Of a DNA stretch of 64,000 nucleotides, positions 54,288 through 63,118 are shown in pieces. Under the pieces are notes generated by a model. The model was given only the letters and a program-made list of their open reading frames with translations. It searched no databases and was not told the origin of the DNA. The stretch is taken from NCBI GenBank assembly GCA_965261595.1, contig CBDHDG010000007.1:928001-992000 (forward strand). The letters run 5' to 3'. Each line of letters starts with the position of its first letter. The first letter of the stretch is position 1. Made by a program: the position numbers and the translations under genes. Source of the DNA: a bacterium. GTDB taxonomy: Bacteria > UBA8248 > JACPRG01 > G963555815.

Positions 54288-55229
54288 ATGATGAAACGCA
54301 GGCTTGCGCTGGAAACCACCGCGCCATTCCAGGGGTTGCCGGAGCTGGTGGCCCATGATGAAGGTCTGTTCGAGGCCGAAGGTCTTGAGATCGAATGGGT
54401 GGAGCGCGACAAGGGGGCGTCGAAAACCACCGACGTCGATATCGATTCACCGGACGGTTTGAGCGCCTTCGCGAGCCATGGCGCGGCGTTCGAGACGGGC
54501 GGCGCCGACATGTACAACGCCTGCGAATGGGGGAATTACCGCCGGGTTCAGGACACCTCGGCCAAGGGACGGCAACTCGGCCGGCGGGCGATCGTCGTCT
54601 ATGCCGGGCTCGTCGTCCCGCCGGACTCGGATGTCCACACGCCGCAACAACTCGCCCACAAGCTGATCGGCGTCCCCTATTACTTCGGCACCCACTATCT
54701 CGCGCTGCTCATGCTCGAAGGGTTCCTGCCGCGCGAAGCGATCAAGACCTGCCGCGCGTCCAACAGCTCGGCCGACCGCTTCGACTCGATCATGAAGGGC
54801 GAGATCGCCGCGACGACCCTGACCGAGCCCTACCTCACCCTGGCCGAGAAGGAAGGGTGCCGCGTTATGGTCCTCGCGCCGTTCCATGGCACCGAAGTGG
54901 CCTCGGAGGAAGTCGACGCCGAAACCTATGCCGCGTTCAACCGCGCCGTCGGCGAAGCCGTCCGCCGGATCAACGCCGACAAGCGCAAATACCTCCGGTA
55001 CTTCCTGGACCATCACAAGGGCCAGCACCCGGGACTCGCCTCGCTGACGGTCGATGACTTCCCGGTGAGCCGGCTTCAGGTGGTCGAGCCGTCGCCCATC
55101 CCGCCGGACGAGCTCGAGCGCACGTATGACTGGATGCGGGGCTGGCGCATGCTGGAGCCCGACTTCGATCCCGACAACCTCATCGCCGCCGACCGCCAGA
55201 AACAGGCTCACGCCGCGCTCGGCGAATAG
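54288..55229 (+). CDS. NitT/TauT-like ABC substrate-binding-fold protein (no signal peptide)
   Basis: LPELVA..EGLFEAEGLEIEW, ACEWG, TP.QLA...GVP. Confidence 0.75.
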   Translation: MMKRRLALETTAPFQGLPELVAHDEGLFEAEGLEIEWVERDKGASKTTDVDIDSPDGLSAFASHGAAFETGGADMYNACEWGNYRRVQDTSAKGRQLGRRAIVVYAGLVVPPDSDVHTPQQLAHKLIGVPYYFGTHYLALLMLEGFLPREAIKTCRASNSSADRFDSIMKGEIAATTLTEPYLTLAEKEGCRVMVLAPFHGTEVASEEVDAETYAAFNRAVGEAVRRINADKRKYLRYFLDHHKGQHPGLASLTVDDFPVSRLQVVEPSPIPPDELERTYDWMRGWRMLEPDFDPDNLIAADRQKQAHAALGE

Positions 55230-55368
55230 GCGGGGGGGGGGGGGCGGGATGGCTGAACGGATGATTCGGGGAATCCCCCCCCTCCTCCTCCCCTGTTGGG
55301 AGATAAACTTTCAGACCGCCCTTGAACAATGATTTGAAGAAACGCGTCCCCCGATTAGGCCGGCGCCC

Positions 55369-56316
55369 ATGACACCCGATTCCGTCGTTCTCGTGGCCAT
55401 CGCGTCGGCTTTCTGCTTTGCCGTCGCGGAGATGTTCACGCGAAACGCCCTTCGCTTTTCGACGCCGATTTCGGCTTCCATCCTCTCCATCGCCGGCCAG
55501 TTCATCCTCCTGACGATTCTGCTCGCCCTCACCGGAAAATTCTCGAGCCTCCATGGGGAAGGGGTCCTGTGGTTCCTCCTGGCGGGTTTTATGAATCCGT
55601 TTCTCTTCGTGGCGTTTTATTTCGTCGGAATCCAGCGGATCGGCGTCGCCCGGTCCGCGCCCATCAAAGGGACGGCCCCGATCTACGCCGTGGTCTTCGC
55701 GGCCGGGGTGTTGGGGGAGCGGCTTTCCGGCGTTCAGTATTTCGGAATCGCCATGGTTGTCGGCGGGATCATTTTCATCTCGGCTGAAGGGTGGGCCGGA
55801 GAGCGGGGGGCGGGCTCCGGCGATTCGAAGAGCGGTTCAGTCGGGGGAGGGGGGAGGGGGGGAAGCGGGCCGGCGGCCGGAAGGCCGCGGAAGCTGGACT
55901 TCCTCTTTCCCCTGTTGGCGGGTGTTTCAGGGGGCGTCGCTTCGGTCCTCTTCAAGCTGAGCATGCAGAAGCTGCCCTCTCCCATGGTCGGTGTATGGCT
56001 TGGAACGGTGGTTGCGCTTCTCCTCTTTCCGATTTTGGCTTTCTTCTTTCCCAAGGAGCAGCGGTATCGGGCGAGCCGGCGGGCTTATCCCTGGCTCATT
56101 GGAAACGGGGTCGCCATTTCGGCCGCGATGTACACCTTGATTCTCTCCGTCGGTCTCGGGGAAGTCGCCATCGCGTTCACGTTGGTTCAGACCTCCCCGC
56201 TCCTGGTCATCGCCATGTCCGCCATTTTCCTGCGGAAGTTGGAGCGGGTGACGCCGAGAATCATTTTCGGCGCGATTCTGACCGTGAGCGGCGGGGTTTT
56301 GGTGAGCCTGCTATGA
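55369..56316 (+). CDS. DMT/EamA-family transporter
   Basis: About 10 TM helices in two repeats; LGERL, LERVT...GA.L.V.G. Confidence 0.88.
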   Translation: MTPDSVVLVAIASAFCFAVAEMFTRNALRFSTPISASILSIAGQFILLTILLALTGKFSSLHGEGVLWFLLAGFMNPFLFVAFYFVGIQRIGVARSAPIKGTAPIYAVVFAAGVLGERLSGVQYFGIAMVVGGIIFISAEGWAGERGAGSGDSKSGSVGGGGRGGSGPAAGRPRKLDFLFPLLAGVSGGVASVLFKLSMQKLPSPMVGVWLGTVVALLLFPILAFFFPKEQRYRASRRAYPWLIGNGVAISAAMYTLILSVGLGEVAIAFTLVQTSPLLVIAMSAIFLRKLERVTPRIIFGAILTVSGGVLVSLL

Positions 56317-56369
56317 GGGGGAAGAGGGGGGCGTGGATGGATCGGATAGCCCGCGCCGCGCGTGCCTGC

Positions 56370-56517
56370 TGTAGTGTCCCGAAATGGCTTTACATATGGT
56401 GATCCGAATTGGCCTTCTCCGGCCGGGCAAGGGGTCAACCGACCCCACCGCCCGGCCTGCCGAACGGTGGAAAACCGGTGTTTTCAAAACAGGTCGGGCG
56501 GGCATCTTGCCCGCCTT
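56370..56517. repeat. Orphan copy of the 50252-50400 segment
   Basis: See 50252-50400; on the minus strand it points into the EamA gene antisense. Confidence 0.85.
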
Positions 56518-56693
56518 TTCCGCATTAAGCGCGGCCGTAGCCGCTCGATGGATCTGGTTTTGCATAGAGACATTGCATCCCCGGTAAAATGGGGCAAATT
56601 GATGAGACACGGGGACGGCGGCCGGGAGCGGCGCCTCGCGGTTTGAAATGGGAAGCTCCGAATAGAGATAGAGGATGATAAGAGGAGAATTTG

Positions 56694-57122
56694 ATGATGA
56701 ACAGGTATGCGGCTTCGAAAATGGCGTTTTTGGCGGTCGTCGCTCTGGGACTGCTCTACGGATGCGCGACGGAAGGGGGCACGTCATCAAGGGCCGCCGA
56801 CCCGATTGTCGGAACCTGGAGCGGCAGGGTGGATCAACCGGGAAGCAACCCCTACCAGGGCGTGATGACCCTGTCATCTCCAAATGGCGGCAGGAGCTCC
56901 TATCCGTCGCTGAAATGCGGAGGTAGCCTGTCCGGCGGGGGAAGCGGCGGCGTTTACCGATTCAAGGAAACAATCACTTTTGGACGGGCGACGGCAACCT
57001 CCGGCGGCTGTATCGACGGTCAGATTACGATGATTCTGCAAGGAAACAGGGTGGTGTGGCAGTGGTCCGGCTCCTGGAAAGGCAAGGGCTATGCCGCGTC
57101 AGGAACATTCGACCGAAGGTGA
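56694..57122 (+). CDS. Hypothetical lipoprotein
   Basis: Lipobox LLYGC; GTWSG beta-rich domain with two further Cys. Confidence 0.7.
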   Translation: MMNRYAASKMAFLAVVALGLLYGCATEGGTSSRAADPIVGTWSGRVDQPGSNPYQGVMTLSSPNGGRSSYPSLKCGGSLSGGGSGGVYRFKETITFGRATATSGGCIDGQITMILQGNRVVWQWSGSWKGKGYAASGTFDRR

Positions 57123-57315
57123 CCTGACCCCGCTCCGTTCGCCGATGCTTGGACCGCCTGAAAAATGGGGGTCGGACCACAATGTCAGAATGTAAGACCT
57201 GATCCCCAAGTATTGAAGTGCCGGAGTTGAAAGGGGGAATTCCGGTTCATGATGATTCCCGACATACAGGTTGGCGGGCGTCCGCCATTGGAAGTTGCCG
57301 ATTGGGGGAGGCCAA

Positions 57316-58215
57316 ATGATGAAAAGGGGGGGGGCGCCGATTTTTGCCCTGGCTGTATTGTCGGTTTTGTTCCTGGTGATTCATGAACCTGCTTCCGCTG
57401 AGACGCTTCTCGAGCGCGGGACTTACCTCATGAAGAGCGTCGTTGTATGCGGCAACTGCCACACGCCCAAAACCCGCCGAGGGAAAGACATCCAGGGGAT
57501 GGAGCTGGCGGGCGGACTCAGAATTGAAGAGCCGGGGTTCATCGCCTATCCGGCCAACATTACGCCCGACAAGGAGACGGGCATCGGCAACTGGACGGAC
57601 GAGCAGATTGTCACGGCATTTCGTGAAGGCCGGCGTCCTGACGGCACAGTCATCCGCCCACCGATGCCCATCGAATGGTACCGCATGATGTCCGACCGGG
57701 ACGCGAAGGCGATCGTGGCCTACCTCCGATCCGTCAAGCCGGTGAAGAACAAGGTCCCCGAGGCGACATACAAAATTCCACTTCCCGTATCCTATGGCCC
57801 GCCTGTGGTCAGCGTGGCCGACGTTTCAAGGAATGACAGGCGGAAGTACGGAGCATGCCTTGTGACCATCGGCCACTGCACGCAGTGCCACACCCCCATG
57901 GTCAGAGGACAGCAAGATTTCAGCCGGATCGGCGCGGGTGGTTTCGCTCTCATCGGTCCCTGGGGAACAGTGTATTCGGCCAACATCACACCCGACAAGA
58001 AAACGGGGATCGGCAACTGGACGGACCGGCAGGTCAAACTGGCCATAACAAATGGGCAGCGGGCCACCGGGGAAAAAATGCTCCCTCCCATGCCCTATCC
58101 CTATTTTCTCAACATCAAGCGGGCAGACCTGGACGCCATCGTTGCGCACATCCGCACGTTTAAAGCGCAAAAAGCGGTGCGCAAGGTCCGTCACGTTCCT
58201 CCGAAGAAAAAATAG
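57316..58215 (+). CDS. Periplasmic dihaem cytochrome c
   Basis: Signal peptide; CGNCHTP and CTQCHTP; NITPD.ETGIG.W repeats; PPMP axial Met. Confidence 0.9.
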   Translation: MMKRGGAPIFALAVLSVLFLVIHEPASAETLLERGTYLMKSVVVCGNCHTPKTRRGKDIQGMELAGGLRIEEPGFIAYPANITPDKETGIGNWTDEQIVTAFREGRRPDGTVIRPPMPIEWYRMMSDRDAKAIVAYLRSVKPVKNKVPEATYKIPLPVSYGPPVVSVADVSRNDRRKYGACLVTIGHCTQCHTPMVRGQQDFSRIGAGGFALIGPWGTVYSANITPDKKTGIGNWTDRQVKLAITNGQRATGEKMLPPMPYPYFLNIKRADLDAIVAHIRTFKAQKAVRKVRHVPPKKK

Positions 58216-58468
58216 CGGCCTTCAGATCTTACTATCTTCTAGAAGCTATCAGTATGGTGTCCCCCGGATTTCCCGCGAAGGTTGGACCACCTGAAATATG
58301 GGGGCCAGACCACAGGCGCTCTTGAAAGATGCCACCCCCGAAAAAGGGATGAAGGCTTTAGCGGTAAGGCGAAGGTTTAAAACCTGGATAGTGGAGTTTG
58401 CAGTCCTTAATCTATCAACAAAAGACTTGCCCAAGACCACACCCGCCAGCATCAGATAGAGCGCTGCT

Positions 58469-59365
58469 TTATTTCTTCGGCGGAATATGCCGCACTTCCC
58501 GTTTTTTCCTGACAGGCTTGAGCGTCCTCAGATACGCCACGATGGCGTCCAGATCCTCCGGCTTCAAGTTGGCGTAGTAGGGAAACGGCATCGGCGCGAA
58601 CATCTTTTCCCCGTTGGCCCGCTGCCCATTTGTTATGGCGAGCTTGATCTGGCGATCGGTCCACTTGCCGATTCCGGTTTCCTTGTCCTGGGTGATGTTG
58701 GCCGAGAAAGTCAGGCCCCAAGGACCGCCCAGAGGAAATCCGCCCGCCCCAAGCTGACGTTTGAAATCCCGATGTCCTTTGACCAACGGCGTGTGACAAT
58801 CCAGGCAGCGGCCGATGCGGACGAGATATTCCCCGTACCGGATCTTGTCGGTTCTCGGAACTTCGGGAACACTTCCCACAGGCGGCCCATAGGATTTGGG
58901 GAGCGGAATCTTCCACACCGATTCCTCCTCCTCGTTCCTGATCGGCTTCACCCGCCTCAGATAAGCCACGATCGCCTTGACGTCCCGGTCGGACATATCC
59001 CGGTAAAACTCGATGGGCATGGGCGGGCCGATGATTTTTCCGTCGGCGCGAATGCCCTGTTGGATGGCCCGGATGATTTGTTTATCCGTCCACGCACCGA
59101 TTCCCGTCTCTTTGTCGGGGGTGATGTTCCGGATGACGACGTTGAAGACCGGTCCTTTAATCCTGAATCCCGCCGCCAACTCCATCCCGGGAAGATCGCC
59201 CTTAACGTCTTTGGGCGTGTGGCAGGTCCCGCAGGCCACGATGCTCCTCATCAGATAAGTTCCACGCTCAAGGAGCGTTTCAGCCAAAGCGCTTCCCTGG
59301 AGGACGAGGAAAATACCCATAACGACCGCAACCGCAATCAACAGATGGCTCTTTCTCACCGGCAT
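58469..59365 (-). CDS. Periplasmic dihaem cytochrome c (paralogue, convergent)
   Basis: CGTCHTP and CLDCHTP; same architecture as 57316-58215. Confidence 0.9.
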   Translation of the reverse strand: MPVRKSHLLIAVAVVMGIFLVLQGSALAETLLERGTYLMRSIVACGTCHTPKDVKGDLPGMELAAGFRIKGPVFNVVIRNITPDKETGIGAWTDKQIIRAIQQGIRADGKIIGPPMPIEFYRDMSDRDVKAIVAYLRRVKPIRNEEEESVWKIPLPKSYGPPVGSVPEVPRTDKIRYGEYLVRIGRCLDCHTPLVKGHRDFKRQLGAGGFPLGGPWGLTFSANITQDKETGIGKWTDRQIKLAITNGQRANGEKMFAPMPFPYYANLKPEDLDAIVAYLRTLKPVRKKREVRHIPPKK

Positions 59366-59796
59366 TCTCCATTCCAAATTCGGGCAAGCCCGTAGCGACA
59401 ACTCGTTGCCGTCCAGCCTGGTTAGACCGCTCCCTACCGGATCTGTCAACAAAAGTTCGGGCGCCGGAAAGCCTGACCTGAATAGTGGGTCAGGTCTTGA
59501 CTCTTCACTTACTCAGGAATTGAGAGCGTGGCCGTGAGGGAAAGAAGCTTCCGGTGAGTGCGATTGAGTGGCCAGCTCTCTCCATCCGCTCGGGGTGGAC
59601 GAAGCGGTCGGAAGCAGGCGGGAGGGGTGCAATGGGCGCACCCCGAAGGGGCGTGTGGATTCATGGTTCCCGCGGGCGCACACCAGGCATCGAAGGGGCC
59701 GGTTGTCTCGATTCAGGCTTCAAATCGAATGAAGGCGTTATCGGACCCCTGAAAAGCACACAGTGAACCAACCCGTAATCCAGCGGCGCGAACACT

Positions 59797-59829
59797 AAAA
59801 AAAGGCCGCCGGAGGCGTCACCGGCGGCC
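59797..59829 (-). terminator. Rho-independent terminator of the original tRNA locus
   Basis: Minus strand ggccgccgg-tgacgcct-ccggcggcc-ttttttt. Confidence 0.85.
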
Positions 59830-59841
59830 CTTCTGAATGGT

Positions 59842-59862
59842 TGGCTCCCCGGGCCGGACTCG
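59842..59862 (-). other. att site: duplicated 3' end of a tRNA (Asn-like)
   Basis: Minus strand CGAGTCCGGCCCGGGGAGCCA (T-loop to CCA, G discriminator) without the 5' part of a tRNA. Followed by the terminator; element side is AT-rich with an IHF-like box. Confidence 0.8.
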
Positions 59863-59951
59863 GATAGACAGTTTAACTTATTGAATATATACAACTTAGA
59901 TAATTCCAGACGGTCACGTTACCACAATTTTTCCCACGTAAATGGTGGGGT

Positions 59952-60266
59952 CTAAGGCCCGAGTTCCGTCCTTCGCCGCCATCGGAGATAAGACAGGCGA
60001 GTGCGACAGGCGGAAACCGACCGTTCCAGATGCACGGCCAATTCGGCAACCTCCCCTTGCCCAGCCCGTCCGATTCCGCCGGGAGTATCGCGGATCAAGT
60101 CGTACAGTTTCCGATCTTCCTCCGGGGTCCAGTAGGGAGCCGAGAGGCGTGGCGCAAGGGGATCGCCCCGTTTCTTCCACAGCGCCCAATGAGTATGGCA
60201 AAGCCCACGCGCGGCCATCTTCCTTTCACATCCGGGAATCGTACCGTAATTATGCCTTTGATACAT
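59952..60266 (-). CDS. Small protein: Cys/His Zn-finger-like motif + Myb/HTH-like domain
   Basis: GCERK..ARGLC.THW...K.RGDP; WTPEED..L...ELA..L.RS..AC..R. Confidence 0.6.
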   Translation of the reverse strand: MYQRHNYGTIPGCERKMAARGLCHTHWALWKKRGDPLAPRLSAPYWTPEEDRKLYDLIRDTPGGIGRAGQGEVAELAVHLERSVSACRTRLSYLRWRRRTELGP

Positions 60267-60334
60267 AGTGACACAAGATGTACATTCAAGCGCATCATGA
60301 ACACCGAGCCGCTGGAATACAAAAAGCTCACGGC

Positions 60335-60841
60335 TTAATTCCTTGGCTTCTCGGGACTTGGTGGCGTAAGGAGATTGCGCGCTTCCAATAAATCACTTTT
60401 AAAAGAGCATCGAACTAGATCGCCAGCGAAAATTATCCAGTGGAACAAATCATGTTTAGGTTTACCCAAGGAAGGGATCGCTAAACATGGAATTTTGAAT
60501 TTTTGACAAATATCAGAAATATACTTCATCGTTTCATAATCCTTTAAATCTATCTGACCAAAAGCACTAGATGAACTACTTGGTAGTCGATTCCTCAATT
60601 TATCAAGAGTGCGACATTTTGAACCAAACCTTGCCGAAGGCCGCCTCTTCCAGAAAAACGGAATGTTCATGGCTACAACGGTTAAAATTCCAGAAATAGC
60701 TAAATGCGGGATGAAAGGTTCAATAAATGGAATCATTCTAGCCAATTTCCCCGCTATTCCTGGCCAATTGACAAGAAGGTCGGCACAAATAGTTGTGATT
60801 AGGAACCCGAAGAACCCATTTAAAGCTTTTGTCCATTTCAT
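60335..60841 (-). CDS. AT-rich cargo gene, two N-terminal TM segments, unknown function
   Basis: 168-aa ORF with RBS GGGGG; visibly lower GC than flanking genes. Confidence 0.7.
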   Translation of the reverse strand: MKWTKALNGFFGFLITTICADLLVNWPGIAGKLARMIPFIEPFIPHLAISGILTVVAMNIPFFWKRRPSARFGSKCRTLDKLRNRLPSSSSSAFGQIDLKDYETMKYISDICQKFKIPCLAIPSLGKPKHDLFHWIIFAGDLVRCSFKSDLLEARNLLTPPSPEKPRN

Positions 60842-60905
60842 AGCCCCCCGAAACTACACGTGGCGCCATGATTTGTAAATGGCATAATTACGAATCGTAC
60901 AGGTG

Positions 60906-61963
60906 CTAGTCATCGTTCAACCCCACCGCCTCAAGCGCGGTCGCCATCGGAACGCCCGCTTGGGCGAGCTTGGCGACCACCGTTGCACGGCTCACCATGT
61001 CGAGCGCGTAGGAGTCGAATTTCAGTTCAACCGGCGTTTCGAGCTTCGCCGTCAGTTCATGCTCTAGCAGGCGGGCGAGCGGAAGCACCGTCCCTAAATG
61101 CCACCGCCGCAATGCCTCGCGTTGTGATGTGCCGTCCGCGTCCGTGAACAGGGAAGGGGGGGTCCCGCACGCCGACAACACGCGCTCGAACGCCTGTTGC
61201 GCGATATCCGGCATTGACGCAGGCGGATTCGGCCCCAAGCGTGACGCCTGCCAATCCCTTTGCGGCGCGGCGGTCCTTCCTTCGCCCCAACCAGCGGAGC
61301 TCGTTTCGACCAGAAGCGCCTTGCCCCGCGCCGTGCGGATGTCGGCTTTCAATCTTGCGAGCGGATCGTTGCCGTCATCGTCGCCCCCGTCTTGCGGAAT
61401 GGCGAGCAATTGAGCAAGCGGCCCCTGCGCTTCGTCGGCTAGGGATCGCTCGGTTTCGCTTTGCAAACGGGCGGTCGTATGCGCCCATGTCAGCGGCCCG
61501 GTCCCGACGTAGGGCTGCCCCGGCGTCCCGCCCCACCGGACGAACACAACGCCGGACGCGGGCAGGTTCCACGTTGTAGACGTCGAAGGCCCGTAAGCCG
61601 TCACCCTCACGGTCCATGAATCGGGATCGTGGTTGCCCTCCCAGTGCCAGCTTGACGCGGGGATCAGCTGAACCATCCCGGCCCGGTCTATCCGTATGAC
61701 GTGCATCGAATCGCCGTTGCGAATCAGATCGCGCCCACTTGCGCCAGGAAGCCCGGTGAAACGGTTTCTTGCGCCCAGGGGTCTCCGACTACCTCCGCGC
61801 TGGCAAACGCACGCGATAGCGCACCGGACGCGGCCTCAACAGCCGCCGTGCTCGAAACGTCCGCCGCCGTTCCCGCCGCTTGCGCCTCAATGAGCCGCAC
61901 AACGGCGTCGGAGAAGTCCCCGCCGGATTCCCGCTTCTCCCGCTTTTGCCACGGCCAGCGCAT
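60906..61963 (-). pseudogene. Phage portal-like protein, single-base frameshift near 61735
   Basis: MRWPW..REKR N-terminus, AAVEAASG.LSRAFA, (R)DLIR.G, Y.G.GPL, G.PPSLF, PLARLLE.EL..KL. Frames join at GTG GG(G) CGC. Confidence 0.75.
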
Positions 61964-62268
61964 CAGACCGCCCCTGCACGGCGCACCCGATATCGGGTCA
62001 GCAACGCCGCCGCGCCGCTATTTCGGAACATCGCCGCATGGTTCATCTGGTATTCAACCGATCGCGGCCCGATGCTTTCATTTCTTACCGCCCCGTAATC
62101 GCTCCCGAGCAAATATCCTCCGAACCTGTAGACCGCTTCATCCTTCAACGCCTCCGGCGCGGTCGCGGCGTAGTCTTCCACCGCCTGAACCGCCGCCGGG
62201 AGAACACGGCTTGCGCGATCAAGCGTTGCGCCTGATTCCGCCGCCAACTGGTCGGCCGTTACAGCCAT
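61963..62268 (-). CDS. Head-tail connector-like protein (gp6/gp15-type)
   Basis: About 100 aa helical; V..YA..AP..L..EAV.R..GYL, SGAAALL..YR. Position within the head module. Confidence 0.6.
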   Translation of the reverse strand: MAVTADQLAAESGATLDRASRVLPAAVQAVEDYAATAPEALKDEAVYRFGGYLLGSDYGAVRNESIGPRSVEYQMNHAAMFRNSGAAALLTRYRVRRAGAV

Positions 62269-62834
62269 ATCCGCCGCCTCTGGGGTTCTGTCATTGGATC
62301 GTCCGTCCGAAGATCAACCGCCGCGTCCGTGTAGGCCGGCGAAGTCACAACGGAAAACTCCCGCAACACGGCCTCGCGGATCACCCGCACCTGGACGCCC
62401 GGATTGCCGGGCTCATCTTCCAGCCTTTCGGCGTCCGGTACGGCGGAAGTCGGCGGAACAGTAAATCCGGGAGACAGCCCCGTCATCAGTCCCGCCGCAA
62501 TGGCCCGCTCCGCGTCGATTACCCAGGACGGCGGATCGTCCGGCAAGACTGCCTCGAACGTCACGGCGTCTGCGCTGTCTTCGATGGTCAGCGTCCCGGC
62601 TTGTCGGCTGGCAATCGGCTTCCCGTAGTCATGGCCGACAAGGATGTCGATCCGCCGTTCCGGCTCCTGTTCAATGGCGAAGCGAAACGCGCGGGATTCA
62701 AATCGTTCCTTGCGCACGCGGCCACGGTCGCGGATCGTCGCCATGCTCCGGTAATTGAACCGGCCACCAAGAATACGGCCCCGGCCCGATTGCCGGATTT
62801 CCAGATTGCCGTCAAAGATCGGATAGTCGGTCAT
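62259..62834 (-). CDS. HK97-family prohead protease
   Basis: ERF...AF, L.GHD...P, GLSPGF, L.EFSVVT.PAY. Confidence 0.88.
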   Translation of the reverse strand: MTDYPIFDGNLEIRQSGRGRILGGRFNYRSMATIRDRGRVRKERFESRAFRFAIEQEPERRIDILVGHDYGKPIASRQAGTLTIEDSADAVTFEAVLPDDPPSWVIDAERAIAAGLMTGLSPGFTVPPTSAVPDAERLEDEPGNPGVQVRVIREAVLREFSVVTSPAYTDAAVDLRTDDPMTEPQRRRIWL

Positions 62835-63115
62835 CAGTAGTTTCCCGCCTCAAGAACCACCGTCGCGCTTCCGCCCGCCGTCCATACCCAGGTCCGTTCG
62901 TTGGGATCGGACACGATACGGACGGCGATGGTCGATCCGACTGGATGTCGAAAGCCGCGCAAGCTGGCGGGGTCCGGCGATGTTGCGACAATGGTCCGAT
63001 ACACCGTCCCCCCTCCACGATTCTGCATCCTGAAAAAAGAGACCGTCCCTCCCGTCCCAAGATTCAGGGCCGCGCCAAGATCAACCGGCGTTACACCAAC
63101 CTCGATTTCGTCCAT
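62834..63115 (-). CDS. Small beta-rich hypothetical protein
   Basis: 93 aa, tightly coupled between capsid and protease. Confidence 0.7.
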   Translation of the reverse strand: MDEIEVGVTPVDLGAALNLGTGGTVSFFRMQNRGGGTVYRTIVATSPDPASLRGFRHPVGSTIAVRIVSDPNERTWVWTAGGSATVVLEAGNY

Positions 63116-63118
63116 GAC

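Noticed and set aside
59842..59862. Complete tRNA gene
   Set aside because: Only the last 21 nt are present; the adjacent sequence cannot form D or anticodon arms.
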